IMG/VR virus record: IMGVR_UViG_3300029305_006500 | DNA from: a virus | Taxonomy: Duplodnaviria > Caudoviricetes | Direction: 5' to 3' (one strand) | Length of the DNA: 64,000 nucleotides | Shown: in pieces, positions 1 to 8,870 of the stretch | Layout of the letters: each line of letters starts with the position of its first letter | Position numbering within the stretch: the stretch's first letter is position 1 | The notes under the pieces: generated by a model | The model's input: only the letters and a program-made list of their open reading frames with translations | Database searches by the model: none | Told to the model about the DNA's origin: nothing | Translations under genes and position numbers: made by a program

Positions 1-1
1 C

Positions 2-343
2 AGATCTACTATAGTTATTTGTCCAGAAGGCTATGATAGAGATGATTGCTTTTGTGTGCATAGTTTTGAAGATTTAATCAAGCTAATTACAGAGTTATCT
101 AAAACTCAAAATGTGTTTATAATTGGTGGTGGAATGCTCTATAAATCTATGCTTTCTTATTATGATAAGGTGTATGTGAATAGGGTAGACGCTGACGGTG
201 GAGCAGAAGTATTCTTCCCTAATCTTGATGAACACTCTGATTATGAACCTTATCAGTTTCTTCCTATTATAGAGGATGAGGGCTATAAAACTCAACTTGT
301 AGTATATACTAGAAAAATTCCATTGGAGGAGCTCGAAGGATAA
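2..343 (+). CDS. folA: Dihydrofolate reductase, 5' end outside window
   Basis: Frame open from nt 2 (RSTIVIC...); DHFR motifs VFIIGGGMLY and EVFFP. Confidence 0.85.
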   Translation, partial: RSTIVICPEGYDRDDCFCVHSFEDLIKLITELSKTQNVFIIGGGMLYKSMLSYYDKVYVNRVDADGGAEVFFPNLDEHSDYEPYQFLPIIEDEGYKTQLVVYTRKIPLEELEG

Positions 344-1047
344 TGAATACACTTATTAATTATATAAAAGATCTTACTGAGCGAGTTAAGGCTAACATAC
401 AAATTAAAAAAGGAAACTTATATCTAGATGTTTATCTAATTGATGAATTTTTTAAATTGGTAAACAAGAACTGGAGGTATCTTTGTTATCCAGAAGTTTT
501 GCCTACCTATATGACTTTACAAAAAATTATAGTTGATGATATTCTTTTAAACATTATAGTAGACGGAAAAAGTGGCGATTTATATAACAGTATGATGACT
601 TATAATGCTACTTGTACTGAAGAAGATTTACATGAATTTTATGATATCCCTTATGGGGGTGAGGGAGAGCTTGAACATTTAAATATTCATACTGGACGGG
701 GAAATGGAACAAGTGACTTAGCTACCAAAGAACCTATTAAAATTTCAGCAGTAGAGCCTGATGGCTGGCCTATTACTCTAACAGTCGGTACAAAATTTGA
801 AGTTAAGGATTATTTAAATTTAAGTTCCGCACGAACTTGGTTTGAGCAGGATGCAGAAACTTCTACATATCATGATGCTAATTATGTCTTTATTCATATC
901 ATAGAGGGAGATACGTTTTACTTAGCTGAAAATAAAAAGACTGCTACCTGGTATTCACTTCCAGCTACTAAAGATATAGTGCACCATCGTCGCCAGGTAA
1001 TTTTATGGCTTAAAGATGATGGTATTTTAGGTGTAAAGTTTAGCTAA
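343..1047 (+). CDS. Hypothetical protein
   Basis: 234-aa ORF, TAATG-coupled to DHFR. Confidence 0.6.
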   Translation: MNTLINYIKDLTERVKANIQIKKGNLYLDVYLIDEFFKLVNKNWRYLCYPEVLPTYMTLQKIIVDDILLNIIVDGKSGDLYNSMMTYNATCTEEDLHEFYDIPYGGEGELEHLNIHTGRGNGTSDLATKEPIKISAVEPDGWPITLTVGTKFEVKDYLNLSSARTWFEQDAETSTYHDANYVFIHIIEGDTFYLAENKKTATWYSLPATKDIVHHRRQVILWLKDDGILGVKFS

Positions 1048-1064
1048 TACTTTGTGGAGATTTT

Positions 1065-1250
1065 ATGAACTTTCAAATACGGATTCCTAAGTCAAAATGT
1101 GATTTCTGTTCCTACAAAGTAGGTAATGAGTGCACAGCCGCAAAAGCAAACGGTCAGGTTAATTCATATTATTGTAAGCAGGCACAGTATGAGTATAATC
1201 AATGGCTGTGGCAGCAGAAGCAAAAACAAAAGCCAAAGTCTTGGTGCTAA
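1065..1250 (+). CDS. Small Cys-rich hypothetical protein
   Basis: GGAG RBS; CxxC...C...C; 61 aa. Confidence 0.55.
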   Translation: MNFQIRIPKSKCDFCSYKVGNECTAAKANGQVNSYYCKQAQYEYNQWLWQQKQKQKPKSWC

Positions 1251-1258
1251 AATAGATA

Positions 1259-1307
1259 AAGCTTTCGTTTATATGCTAAATTATATAAGCGGAGGCTTAT
1301 TTTATTT
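1259..1307 (+). terminator. Intrinsic terminator with late-promoter motif in its loop
   Basis: Stem 1259-1274/1283-1298 (three G.U pairs), loop GCTAAATT, followed by a T-rich tract. Confidence 0.7.
1274..1283 (+). promoter_or_regulatory. Putative late promoter TGCTAAATTA
   Basis: One of 9 intergenic copies of the motif. Confidence 0.65.
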
Positions 1308-1321
1308 AGGAGATGAAGATT

Positions 1322-2041
1322 ATGGATTATAAAAGATTAAATTTTGAAGACTATTTTACAATTTGTTCTGGGAACTGGAATAAATTAGATACAGAGCTTA
1401 ATATTGCACAATATGAAAGTATTCCTTATAAGTACAAGAATAAAGAATATCTTGTAGAATACCAAGTACGTTTTGATTCTGAAAGACATTGCTTACAGGT
1501 AATTTTACAGCAAACTAATACTAAATCTGACTGGTATGTAAATTTTGATTTTCCTTCTAAAATTTATGATAAATTTACTTTTGATAATAAGCTAATTCAG
1601 CTTAAAGTACATAGAGGTTGGGGAAATATGTGGTTAGTTTGTCAATCACCTATAAGACAAAAAATTAAAGCTCTACTAGATGAGCACCCAAATTGTTTTA
1701 TTGAAGTAATTGGTTGGTCATTAGGTAGTGGTTTAGCGCAGCTTGCAGCTGAGGATATTTATTTTAAATTTGGTATTAAGCCTTATCTTTATACTTATGG
1801 CAGTGTTAAGCCTTTTTATGGAAAGGATACTTATAATTTTGTAAAATCTTGCTGTCAAGCAGCTTTTAATTTCTATGATCACTGTGATATTGTAGGTTAT
1901 ATGGTTCCATTTTTTGGTTGGAAAGCTATTAATCATTGCAAAGTAAAGCTAGAAAAGTTTGGCATTACTAAGCTTTTTAAGCCTATGAATTATCATACTA
2001 GATACGATGTACCTGGACAATATATTCAGTATAATACTTAA
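1322..2041 (+). CDS. Class 3 lipase-like alpha/beta hydrolase
   Basis: VHRGW, GWSLG (GxSxG), YTYGS, DIV and C-terminal H; start chosen by AGGAG spacing. Confidence 0.8.
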   Translation: MDYKRLNFEDYFTICSGNWNKLDTELNIAQYESIPYKYKNKEYLVEYQVRFDSERHCLQVILQQTNTKSDWYVNFDFPSKIYDKFTFDNKLIQLKVHRGWGNMWLVCQSPIRQKIKALLDEHPNCFIEVIGWSLGSGLAQLAAEDIYFKFGIKPYLYTYGSVKPFYGKDTYNFVKSCCQAAFNFYDHCDIVGYMVPFFGWKAINHCKVKLEKFGITKLFKPMNYHTRYDVPGQYIQYNT

Positions 2042-2069
2042 ATATTTATGAGTAACCGCCTATATTATT

Positions 2070-2079
2070 TGCTAAATTT
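2070..2079 (+). promoter_or_regulatory. Putative late promoter (TGCTAAATTT) in the loop of a 13-bp hairpin (2055-2091)
   Basis: Motif match; arms ACCGCCTATATTA / TAATGTAGGCGGT. Confidence 0.6.
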
Positions 2080-2084
2080 AATGT

Positions 2085-2228
2085 AGGCGGTAAGCCGACG
2101 ATACAGAAAAGATACCAGAACGATAGTGAATTTACGATACATAATTTTAAGATACCTTACAAGATACCTTAATAATTAAATATGTAAAATAGCTGTCGTC
2201 TGATAAATTTCAGGCGACTTTTCTTTTT
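2085..2228 (+). ncRNA. Candidate small RNA (or iteron array) with six A(A/C)GATAC repeats
   Basis: No ORF; lies between a promoter motif and a terminator; repeats at 2098, 2109, 2120, 2134, 2149, 2161. Confidence 0.45.
2195..2228 (+). terminator. Intrinsic terminator
   Basis: GTCGTCTGA/TCAGGCGAC stem followed by TTTTCTTTTT. Confidence 0.8.
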
Positions 2229-2292
2229 GTTCAAAATTTAAGTTTTTGATCATTGTATATTAAAATGAATATTATTTTAAGGAGTTTCTATA

Positions 2293-2814
2293 ATGATTAA
2301 ATTTTTTATTGAACCTGGTTATGAGGTAAAGCATCCTGTAAGAGACTTTGGAAATGCTGGAGTGGATGTATTTATTCCTTATGCTACTAAGGATTTTATT
2401 GAAGCTTTCAATGCAAAGAATGATGCTAAAAATGCGTATCTTACCTATGCACAGGATGCAATTATAATTGAGCCTCATGGCCGAGTAAATATTCCATCTG
2501 GCCTTAGGGCTAGAATTAGTCCTAATGTAGCGTTGGAAGCTCATAATAAGAGCGGAGTAGCTACTAAGTATGGCCTTGTATTTGGTGCATCTACTGTTGA
2601 TGCTAATTATCAAGGGATTATTCATGTTTCGTTGATTAATACCACAGCAGAAGCAGTAACTTTGCCTTTGGGAATGAAAGCAGTTCAGTTTATTCCTAGG
2701 CTTATTGATATGTCTTCTATTGAAGTAGACACTTCTGGAAATGTAGAAGACTTTTACAAAAATTTTGAATTTTCTAACCGCGGTGATGGAGCATTTGGTA
2801 GCACCGGAGTTTAA
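2293..2814 (+). CDS. dut: Trimeric dUTPase
   Basis: AGVD, KSG, VDANYQG and RGDGAFGSTG motifs. Confidence 0.92.
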   Translation: MIKFFIEPGYEVKHPVRDFGNAGVDVFIPYATKDFIEAFNAKNDAKNAYLTYAQDAIIIEPHGRVNIPSGLRARISPNVALEAHNKSGVATKYGLVFGASTVDANYQGIIHVSLINTTAEAVTLPLGMKAVQFIPRLIDMSSIEVDTSGNVEDFYKNFEFSNRGDGAFGSTGV

Positions 2815-2846
2815 GTGAAATACAAACAAAAGGAAGAGGTATAGCT

Positions 2847-3533
2847 ATGATTGAAAATTGCAGATACCGTGAAAAGTGTAATGGACGAGACTGCAATAAA
2901 GATTTTTGCATGAAAAAGTGTCGTTTAGATTGTTTGTATGATAACTCACTTTTATCAGAGACACAACGTCAGCATAAAGTTTTGTATTGTGATGCAGATG
3001 GTACTGATAGAATAGAATTTACAAAATTATCTCAAATCGAAGGAGCTATTCTTAAGTTTGTAGATGAGGGACATAATCTTTACCTGCATTCATACACTCC
3101 AGGTAATGGCAAAACAACTTTTGCCATTAGATTGCTTATGGCTTATTTTAATAAAATTTGGTCCAAATCCAATTTGACTTGTCAGGGCTTATTTGTGAGT
3201 GTACCTAGGTATTTGTTAGCTTTAAAAGAAAATATAGCTGGGCACAGTGAATATGCAGATTTTGTAAATAAAAATATTATGACTGCTGATTTAGTTGTAT
3301 TTGATGATATAGCCGCAAAAATTGGGTCTGATTTTGAATTAAATCATCTTCTCAATATTATTAATACTAGAATGGATTTAGGAAAAAGTAATATTTTTAC
3401 TTCTAATTTGGGTAAAAAAGAACTTACTACTGCGTTAGGTGAACGACTAGCAAGTAGAATTGGAAATAAGTCTATTGATATTGAGCTTCATGGTGCAGAT
3501 AAAAGAGCTTTAAGTTTGACAGGAGGTAATTAA
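2847..3533 (+). CDS. DnaC/IstB-like helicase loader ATPase
   Basis: N-terminal Cys cluster, PGNGKT Walker A, VFDD Walker B, TSN, SRI. Confidence 0.85.
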   Translation: MIENCRYREKCNGRDCNKDFCMKKCRLDCLYDNSLLSETQRQHKVLYCDADGTDRIEFTKLSQIEGAILKFVDEGHNLYLHSYTPGNGKTTFAIRLLMAYFNKIWSKSNLTCQGLFVSVPRYLLALKENIAGHSEYADFVNKNIMTADLVVFDDIAAKIGSDFELNHLLNIINTRMDLGKSNIFTSNLGKKELTTALGERLASRIGNKSIDIELHGADKRALSLTGGN

Positions 3534-4861
3534 TGACTACACAGTTTCAAATTTTAAATAAAATCTTGCAAACTGGTGATTATTCTTTAGTTTTGCTTAA
3601 TAACTTAAATGAAGAATATTTTCCCGGGTATTCTTCAGAATTTAAGTTTATTAAGAACCATTTTGAAAAATTTGGTTCAGTACCAGACCGTCTTACTTTT
3701 CTTAATACTTTTCCTGATTTTGATATTAAGGACGTAAATGAGCCTGATTCTTATTTAATTGAACAAGTTAATAAGGATTATAATGCTCAGTATATTGCTA
3801 AACAATTTAATATCCTTAAAAAATTTATTGAAGAAGATAAAATTGACGATGCAGTAGCATATTTAGTTAATGCTGCAAATAATATTCATCAAAATGCTTC
3901 TATGACCTGCACAGATCTTTTCCAAGATACTAGTCGTTATGATAAGTACGTTGAAAGAGTCAATAGTAGAGATAAATTTTTTATTAAAACTGGTTTTGAT
4001 GAACTTGATGCTATTATTGGTGGTATTGACGTAAAAGAAGAAAATATGGTGATTGCTGCACGTACTGGTAAAGGAAAGTCTTGGACACTTTTGAGAATTG
4101 CGGTAGAAGCTGCTAGACAAGGTTTTACAGTAGGACTTTATTCAGGTGAAATGTCTGCTGATAAGGTAGGTTATCGTGTTGATACTCTTTTAGGTCATAT
4201 TGATAATAAAGCAATTACTCGAGGCTCAGGAAATTATGATCCTTCAGTCGGTCTAGCATACAAGCAATATATAGATAACTTACCTACTGCGCTTCCCGGA
4301 ACTATAAAAGTACTTACTCCAAATGATATTAATGGCCCAGCTACTGTTGGAGCTTTACGTACTTTTGTAGAAAAAGAAAATATTCAAATTTTGCTTATCG
4401 ATCAGTATTCCTTGCTTGAAGACCAACATCATGCAAAAGTTATGCATGAAAAGGTAGCTAATATCTCAAAAGATATTAAAAATCTACAGGTTATGAAACA
4501 GATTCCAATCGTGTCGGTCTCTCAGATGAATAGAACAAAAAATGAGGATGGAGAGCAAGATACTACTCAAATTGGCTTATCTGATAGAATTGGTCAGGAT
4601 GCCACTTGTATTATTATGCTAGACAGAGATGTTACTTACAGCGACCCTGAAAAAAGAGTTGTTTCAGCTGATAAGCTTGTCCTTAATTTAGTAAAGTCTA
4701 GAGACGGTGGTGAGGGTAAATTAGTTTATGATGCTGATTTTAATACTGGTAGATTTACTTTTCTTAATCCTAATCTAACTGAGGCTCAATCTGAAGCAAT
4801 GGAAACTTATTATGAGGAAGATGAAGGCTCTTATGATCCTTCTGTAGCTGCTCCATGGTAA
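3533..4861 (+). CDS. dnaB: DnaB-like replicative helicase
   Basis: ARTGKGKS, SGEM, IDQ, SQMNR, IGQDA, KSRDG. Confidence 0.92.
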   Translation: MTTQFQILNKILQTGDYSLVLLNNLNEEYFPGYSSEFKFIKNHFEKFGSVPDRLTFLNTFPDFDIKDVNEPDSYLIEQVNKDYNAQYIAKQFNILKKFIEEDKIDDAVAYLVNAANNIHQNASMTCTDLFQDTSRYDKYVERVNSRDKFFIKTGFDELDAIIGGIDVKEENMVIAARTGKGKSWTLLRIAVEAARQGFTVGLYSGEMSADKVGYRVDTLLGHIDNKAITRGSGNYDPSVGLAYKQYIDNLPTALPGTIKVLTPNDINGPATVGALRTFVEKENIQILLIDQYSLLEDQHHAKVMHEKVANISKDIKNLQVMKQIPIVSVSQMNRTKNEDGEQDTTQIGLSDRIGQDATCIIMLDRDVTYSDPEKRVVSADKLVLNLVKSRDGGEGKLVYDADFNTGRFTFLNPNLTEAQSEAMETYYEEDEGSYDPSVAAPW

Positions 4862-4867
4862 TATAAA

Positions 4868-5836
4868 ATGAGAAAGTTAAAGATAGATAATTATATTTTA
4901 GAAGTTCCTGTAATTGAAGTTCTACGACGATTACAACTTACATTAACCAATGGTAAATTAAAAGAAGTTAAAGATGGTACAGAAAATATTCTAGTTACTT
5001 GTCCAGACCATAGTGGTGGACGAGAATCTCATCCTGCTTGTAATATTTATGTTGGTGATGATTCAAAAATTGAATATGGTTATTTTAATTGTTTTGTATG
5101 TAATTCTCGTGGGACTTTTTTAACGTTTGTAGCTCATTGTTTTGAGACTTCAGAAGCTTATGCAAAAAGCTGGCTTTTAAAAAATTTTAAAGGTCAGATG
5201 GTTGAGCAATATATTTTCATGGGAGAAGATATACAGCCGGGTAAAAATAAGCGAAAAGCAATCCCAAAACTTGATGAGTCTATATTAGATCAATATCAAA
5301 AATGGACGCCCTACCTTGCACAAAGAAAATTGTCTAGAGAATTATGTGAGTTTTTTAAAGTACGCTATGACCCGAAATATCGGCAAGTGATTTTTCCTGC
5401 TTATGATATTCACGGTAATTTAGTAATGCTTCCTAAAAGGTCGATAGATACTAAGACTTTTTACTTAGATAAGGAACAAGAAAAACCAGTATATTGTCTT
5501 AACTATATAGAGCAATATGGATATAAAACAGCATTAGTTACTGAAGGCCCTTTTGATACTTTGACTGGTTGGCAGTATGGCTTTCCTACTATTGGGATGT
5601 GGGGACAGTTTTCGGATTATCAAATTGAGCAAATAAATAAATCTTGCTTAAATGTCCTATATATCGCTTTTGATAATGATGAAGCAGGTGAAAGATTTCG
5701 ACGAGCTTTAAAGGCAAGATTGAGTAATAGATTTATTTTGGTAGATGTAAAGTTACCAAAAGGGAAAAAAGATATTAATGACTTGACTAAAGAAGAATTT
5801 TTAGCCTGCATTCAAGAAGCTTCAAATTCACTCTAA
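4868..5836 (+). CDS. dnaG: DnaG-type primase
   Basis: CPDH...CFVC zinc finger; TOPRIM TEGPFD and FDNDEAG; KDIND. Confidence 0.9.
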   Translation: MRKLKIDNYILEVPVIEVLRRLQLTLTNGKLKEVKDGTENILVTCPDHSGGRESHPACNIYVGDDSKIEYGYFNCFVCNSRGTFLTFVAHCFETSEAYAKSWLLKNFKGQMVEQYIFMGEDIQPGKNKRKAIPKLDESILDQYQKWTPYLAQRKLSRELCEFFKVRYDPKYRQVIFPAYDIHGNLVMLPKRSIDTKTFYLDKEQEKPVYCLNYIEQYGYKTALVTEGPFDTLTGWQYGFPTIGMWGQFSDYQIEQINKSCLNVLYIAFDNDEAGERFRRALKARLSNRFILVDVKLPKGKKDINDLTKEEFLACIQEASNSL

Positions 5837-5842
5837 ACTAAA

Positions 5843-5851
5843 TTGTATAAT
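5843..5851 (+). promoter_or_regulatory. Early/middle promoter motif TTGTATAAT
   Basis: Same motif at 11812, 14553, 18639, 21155, with variants at 2253 and 42470; followed by a GTGAC-GGAA-GTCAC hairpin. Confidence 0.65.
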
Positions 5852-5927
5852 ATATATATAGAAAACTTTGTGACGGAAGTCACGCGATAAAATTAAAATA
5901 TATTTTTTATTAAGGAGAAAATTAAAA

Positions 5928-6944
5928 ATGTCAAATTTTGATTACAATCAGTACCAAGAAGTTATTGCTAGAGCACAGAACGGATCTAATGGTTCCTCTA
6001 CGAAAATCGGCTTTTTTAAGATGAAAAATGATAAAGACGAGGCTCTTGTTCGATTTAATATCTCGTCACTCGATGAGCTTCAGTTTGCAACAGTTCATCA
6101 GCTTGGCGCAGCACAAAAGTGGATGAAGGTTAGTTGTCTTAATCCTGTAGGTTCATATTATGATACTTGCCCTCTTTGTGCAGCAGTAGCTGGGGGAGCA
6201 AAGGATATTGGAAAAGCTTCTAAGAAGGTTTATGTACAAATGCTTGTAGCATATAAGGATAATACAACAGGGCAGTTTTCTGCAGCTATTCCTGTAATTT
6301 GGGAACGCCCTGCCGGATTTTCAAGAGAAATCGCAAATCTTCTTAAAGATTATGGTGATCTTAAAACTAGAGTATTTAAAGTAACTCGTAATGGTGTAGC
6401 TAATAGCATGCAGACTACTTACAGTATTTCGTATATTCCTCTTTTTGATAAGCCTGAAAGCGTACCAGAAGATTTCAGTGCTTTTGCAAATTTTAATATT
6501 GCAAAGCATAGCTTTTGGGAGAAAACTGCAGGCGAGATTCAAGTATTTCTTAATACTGGTTCTTTTCCAGAAGTAGCTAGAGCTCCTCAAGCGCCTATGC
6601 CTACTGACGCAGATGCTCCTTATCAAGCCCCAGCTACTGTAGTACATACTCCTGCAACAGAAAGTTTCACTACTCCTGCACAGCCTGCTTTTGTACCCCC
6701 TGTAACTACTCCTGAAGTAGCTCCTTGGGAATCTCCTAATACAACACCTGCTTTTGTGCCAGGTATTACTACTACACCTGCAACGATTCCTAATCCCGTA
6801 AATCCTGCAGTAGAGATTCCTGGAACAACAGTACCTAATATTAGTACTGCAGAAAATCCTACACAGACTGAGGTGTCTACTTCAACCGCCGCTGATTTCG
6901 GTAGACCTGGACGTAGCTTTGGTGATGGAAATTGGTCATTTTAA
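5928..6944 (+). CDS. Single-stranded DNA-binding protein (gp32-like) with Pro/Thr-rich tail
   Basis: H..C..CPLC zinc motif, KVTRNG...TTY, position between primase and polymerase. Confidence 0.75.
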   Translation: MSNFDYNQYQEVIARAQNGSNGSSTKIGFFKMKNDKDEALVRFNISSLDELQFATVHQLGAAQKWMKVSCLNPVGSYYDTCPLCAAVAGGAKDIGKASKKVYVQMLVAYKDNTTGQFSAAIPVIWERPAGFSREIANLLKDYGDLKTRVFKVTRNGVANSMQTTYSISYIPLFDKPESVPEDFSAFANFNIAKHSFWEKTAGEIQVFLNTGSFPEVARAPQAPMPTDADAPYQAPATVVHTPATESFTTPAQPAFVPPVTTPEVAPWESPNTTPAFVPGITTTPATIPNPVNPAVEIPGTTVPNISTAENPTQTEVSTSTAADFGRPGRSFGDGNWSF

Positions 6945-6972
6945 TTAAATAATATTATTTAGAGGAAACTTA

Positions 6973-8799
6973 ATGGATATTGGACTTTTCGGAACTGACT
7001 TTGATATTGATATTACAAAAACAAAGTCAGACGTAAAACAGTTACTTAAAAAGCTTAATCCTGAGTTTACAGAACCAGGTGCTCAAAATACTGAAAAGAT
7101 CTTAAAATCAAAAAAGCTTTCCATTCAAGAACGCCTTGAGATAATTAATGATAAAGTCATCAAGATTCTCGGAAAGCAACGACATAATACAGTTGTAATT
7201 CGAAGTCTTGATGACTTCATTGCTTATATAAATAAAGCTATTCAAAATGGCGTTATTGCAGTGGACACCGAGACGAATAATAGTTTGGATCCTGTTACTT
7301 GTAAACTAATGGGTCTCTGCTTATATACTCCAGGCGAAAGACAAGCCTATATTCCTATTAATCATGTAGATTGGCAAACTGAAGAACTACTTGCAAATCA
7401 GCTTACTGAGGAAGATTGTAGACAACAGCTTCAAAGAATTAAAGATAATAATACTTTTGTTATTATGCATAATGGTAAGTTCGATTATGAAGTTATTAAG
7501 ACCACTTGTCATATCGATTTGCCGCCCAATTGGGATACAATGGTAGCTGCAAGACTTTTAGATGAAAATGAATTAGCTGGTTTGAAATATCAGTATACTA
7601 CAAAAATTGACCCGTCTCAGTCTAAATATGATATTGAAAGCTTATTTGAAAATGTGCAGTATGCTTTTGTAAATCCGGAGATCTTTGCTCTTTATGCTGC
7701 TACTGACTCAATGATGACCTATAAGCTTTATTTGTGGCAGCTACCTTTTATGACTTCCCCAGAGCTAGAAAGACTTTATTGGGTATTCTTGAATATTGAA
7801 ATGCCTATTGTAGTTGTAACCGCAGAAATGGAGCTTAAGGGAGTAAGCATTAATACTAAGTTTGGTAAAAAGCTAAAAATAAAATATAAGCAGCAATTAG
7901 CAGAGATAGATACTGAAATAGAAAAAGAGCTTGATAAATTAAAGCCTTTAATTTCTGAATGGCGAGAAGATGAAACTCGTGGTGGGGCATATTCTAAGAT
8001 GTATATGCCAAAGAAATCTAAAAAGTCACAGGAGGAGTTAGAAGCTATTTATACCGCTATTGAACCTGATCAGATTCCTTCAGGAAAAAAAGATAGAACT
8101 GGTAAAGATATTTTAGTGAAAAACCCTAATGCCGGTAGAAGATATAAATTTGGTAAAAAAGCTTCTGAAATGTTGAGTGACCCTATTAATCTTGCATCTC
8201 CTGCACAGCTTGCTATTCTATTCTATGATATTTTGAATTGCCCTGCTGTAAGTAAAAAAGCACCAAGAGGTACAGGTGAAAGCGAATTAGAAGCTATTGC
8301 AGAAAAGCGACCAGATTTACAAATTTGTAAGCTTATTTTGAAACGTAGGGGCATTGTAAAACTTATTACTACTTATATAGATGTCATTCCTGATTTAGTG
8401 AAACATTGGCCAGATGGTAGAATTCGTTTTCATCTCAATGCTCAGGGTACAGATACTGGTAGATATAGTTCCGGAGGAAAACTTAAATTTTTTGAGAATG
8501 GTGAACCAGTAGTAGTTTCTGGTATTAATATTCAAAATATTCCTTCACATAATAAGGAAATTAGAATGCTATTTCAGGGAGATACAAAATATCATGAGGT
8601 GGAGTCTTCTAATCAATGGTTTGATGTCCCTGAAACTGATGAAGTTGAAGTGCTTGATGCTGAAGGTAGATTAGTGTGGAAATTTGTATCAGAACTTGAA
8701 ATTGGTGACGAGGTTAATTTAGAAACTGAAAATGGTATTGGAACTTGGCATATTCAGGCCATTGAAAAACAAGATAAAGTATATCGTATAAGATTTTGA
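6973..8799 (+). CDS. polA: DNA polymerase A, N-terminal part (3'-5' exonuclease, thumb, pre-motif A) with intein-like C-terminal extension
   Basis: VDTET, HNGKFD, YAATD exonuclease motifs; TDTGRYSS, NIQNIP, EIRMLF. Confidence 0.9.
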   Translation: MDIGLFGTDFDIDITKTKSDVKQLLKKLNPEFTEPGAQNTEKILKSKKLSIQERLEIINDKVIKILGKQRHNTVVIRSLDDFIAYINKAIQNGVIAVDTETNNSLDPVTCKLMGLCLYTPGERQAYIPINHVDWQTEELLANQLTEEDCRQQLQRIKDNNTFVIMHNGKFDYEVIKTTCHIDLPPNWDTMVAARLLDENELAGLKYQYTTKIDPSQSKYDIESLFENVQYAFVNPEIFALYAATDSMMTYKLYLWQLPFMTSPELERLYWVFLNIEMPIVVVTAEMELKGVSINTKFGKKLKIKYKQQLAEIDTEIEKELDKLKPLISEWREDETRGGAYSKMYMPKKSKKSQEELEAIYTAIEPDQIPSGKKDRTGKDILVKNPNAGRRYKFGKKASEMLSDPINLASPAQLAILFYDILNCPAVSKKAPRGTGESELEAIAEKRPDLQICKLILKRRGIVKLITTYIDVIPDLVKHWPDGRIRFHLNAQGTDTGRYSSGGKLKFFENGEPVVVSGINIQNIPSHNKEIRMLFQGDTKYHEVESSNQWFDVPETDEVEVLDAEGRLVWKFVSELEIGDEVNLETENGIGTWHIQAIEKQDKVYRIRF

Positions 8800-8811
8800 A
8801 AGAAGGTGATT

Positions 8812-8868
8812 ATGATGAAGTTAAAGACACGAACTAGATATATGCTAGTCGGCTCTGACTTCTCCTAG
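8812..8868 (+). CDS. polA: 18-codon PolA segment carrying the motif A catalytic Asp (MMKLKTRTRYMLVGSDFS*)
   Basis: AAGGTGAT RBS; LVGSDFS is the first half of motif A and continues as AQEPR after 5 extra nt. Confidence 0.8.
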   Translation: MMKLKTRTRYMLVGSDFS

Positions 8869-8870
8869 CT

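Noticed and set aside
2098-2167. Mini CRISPR array
   Set aside because: Repeats are 7 nt with 4-8 nt gaps, far too short for repeat-spacer structure
2272-2829. 185-aa antisense ORF over dUTPase
   Set aside because: Fully overlaps a confident gene; no independent signals
8866-8868. Genome-wide TAG reassignment (code 15) as the explanation for the PolA stop
   Set aside because: Readthrough leaves the wrong frame, and TAG ends ordinary genes (21137, 54289) whose neighbours start right after
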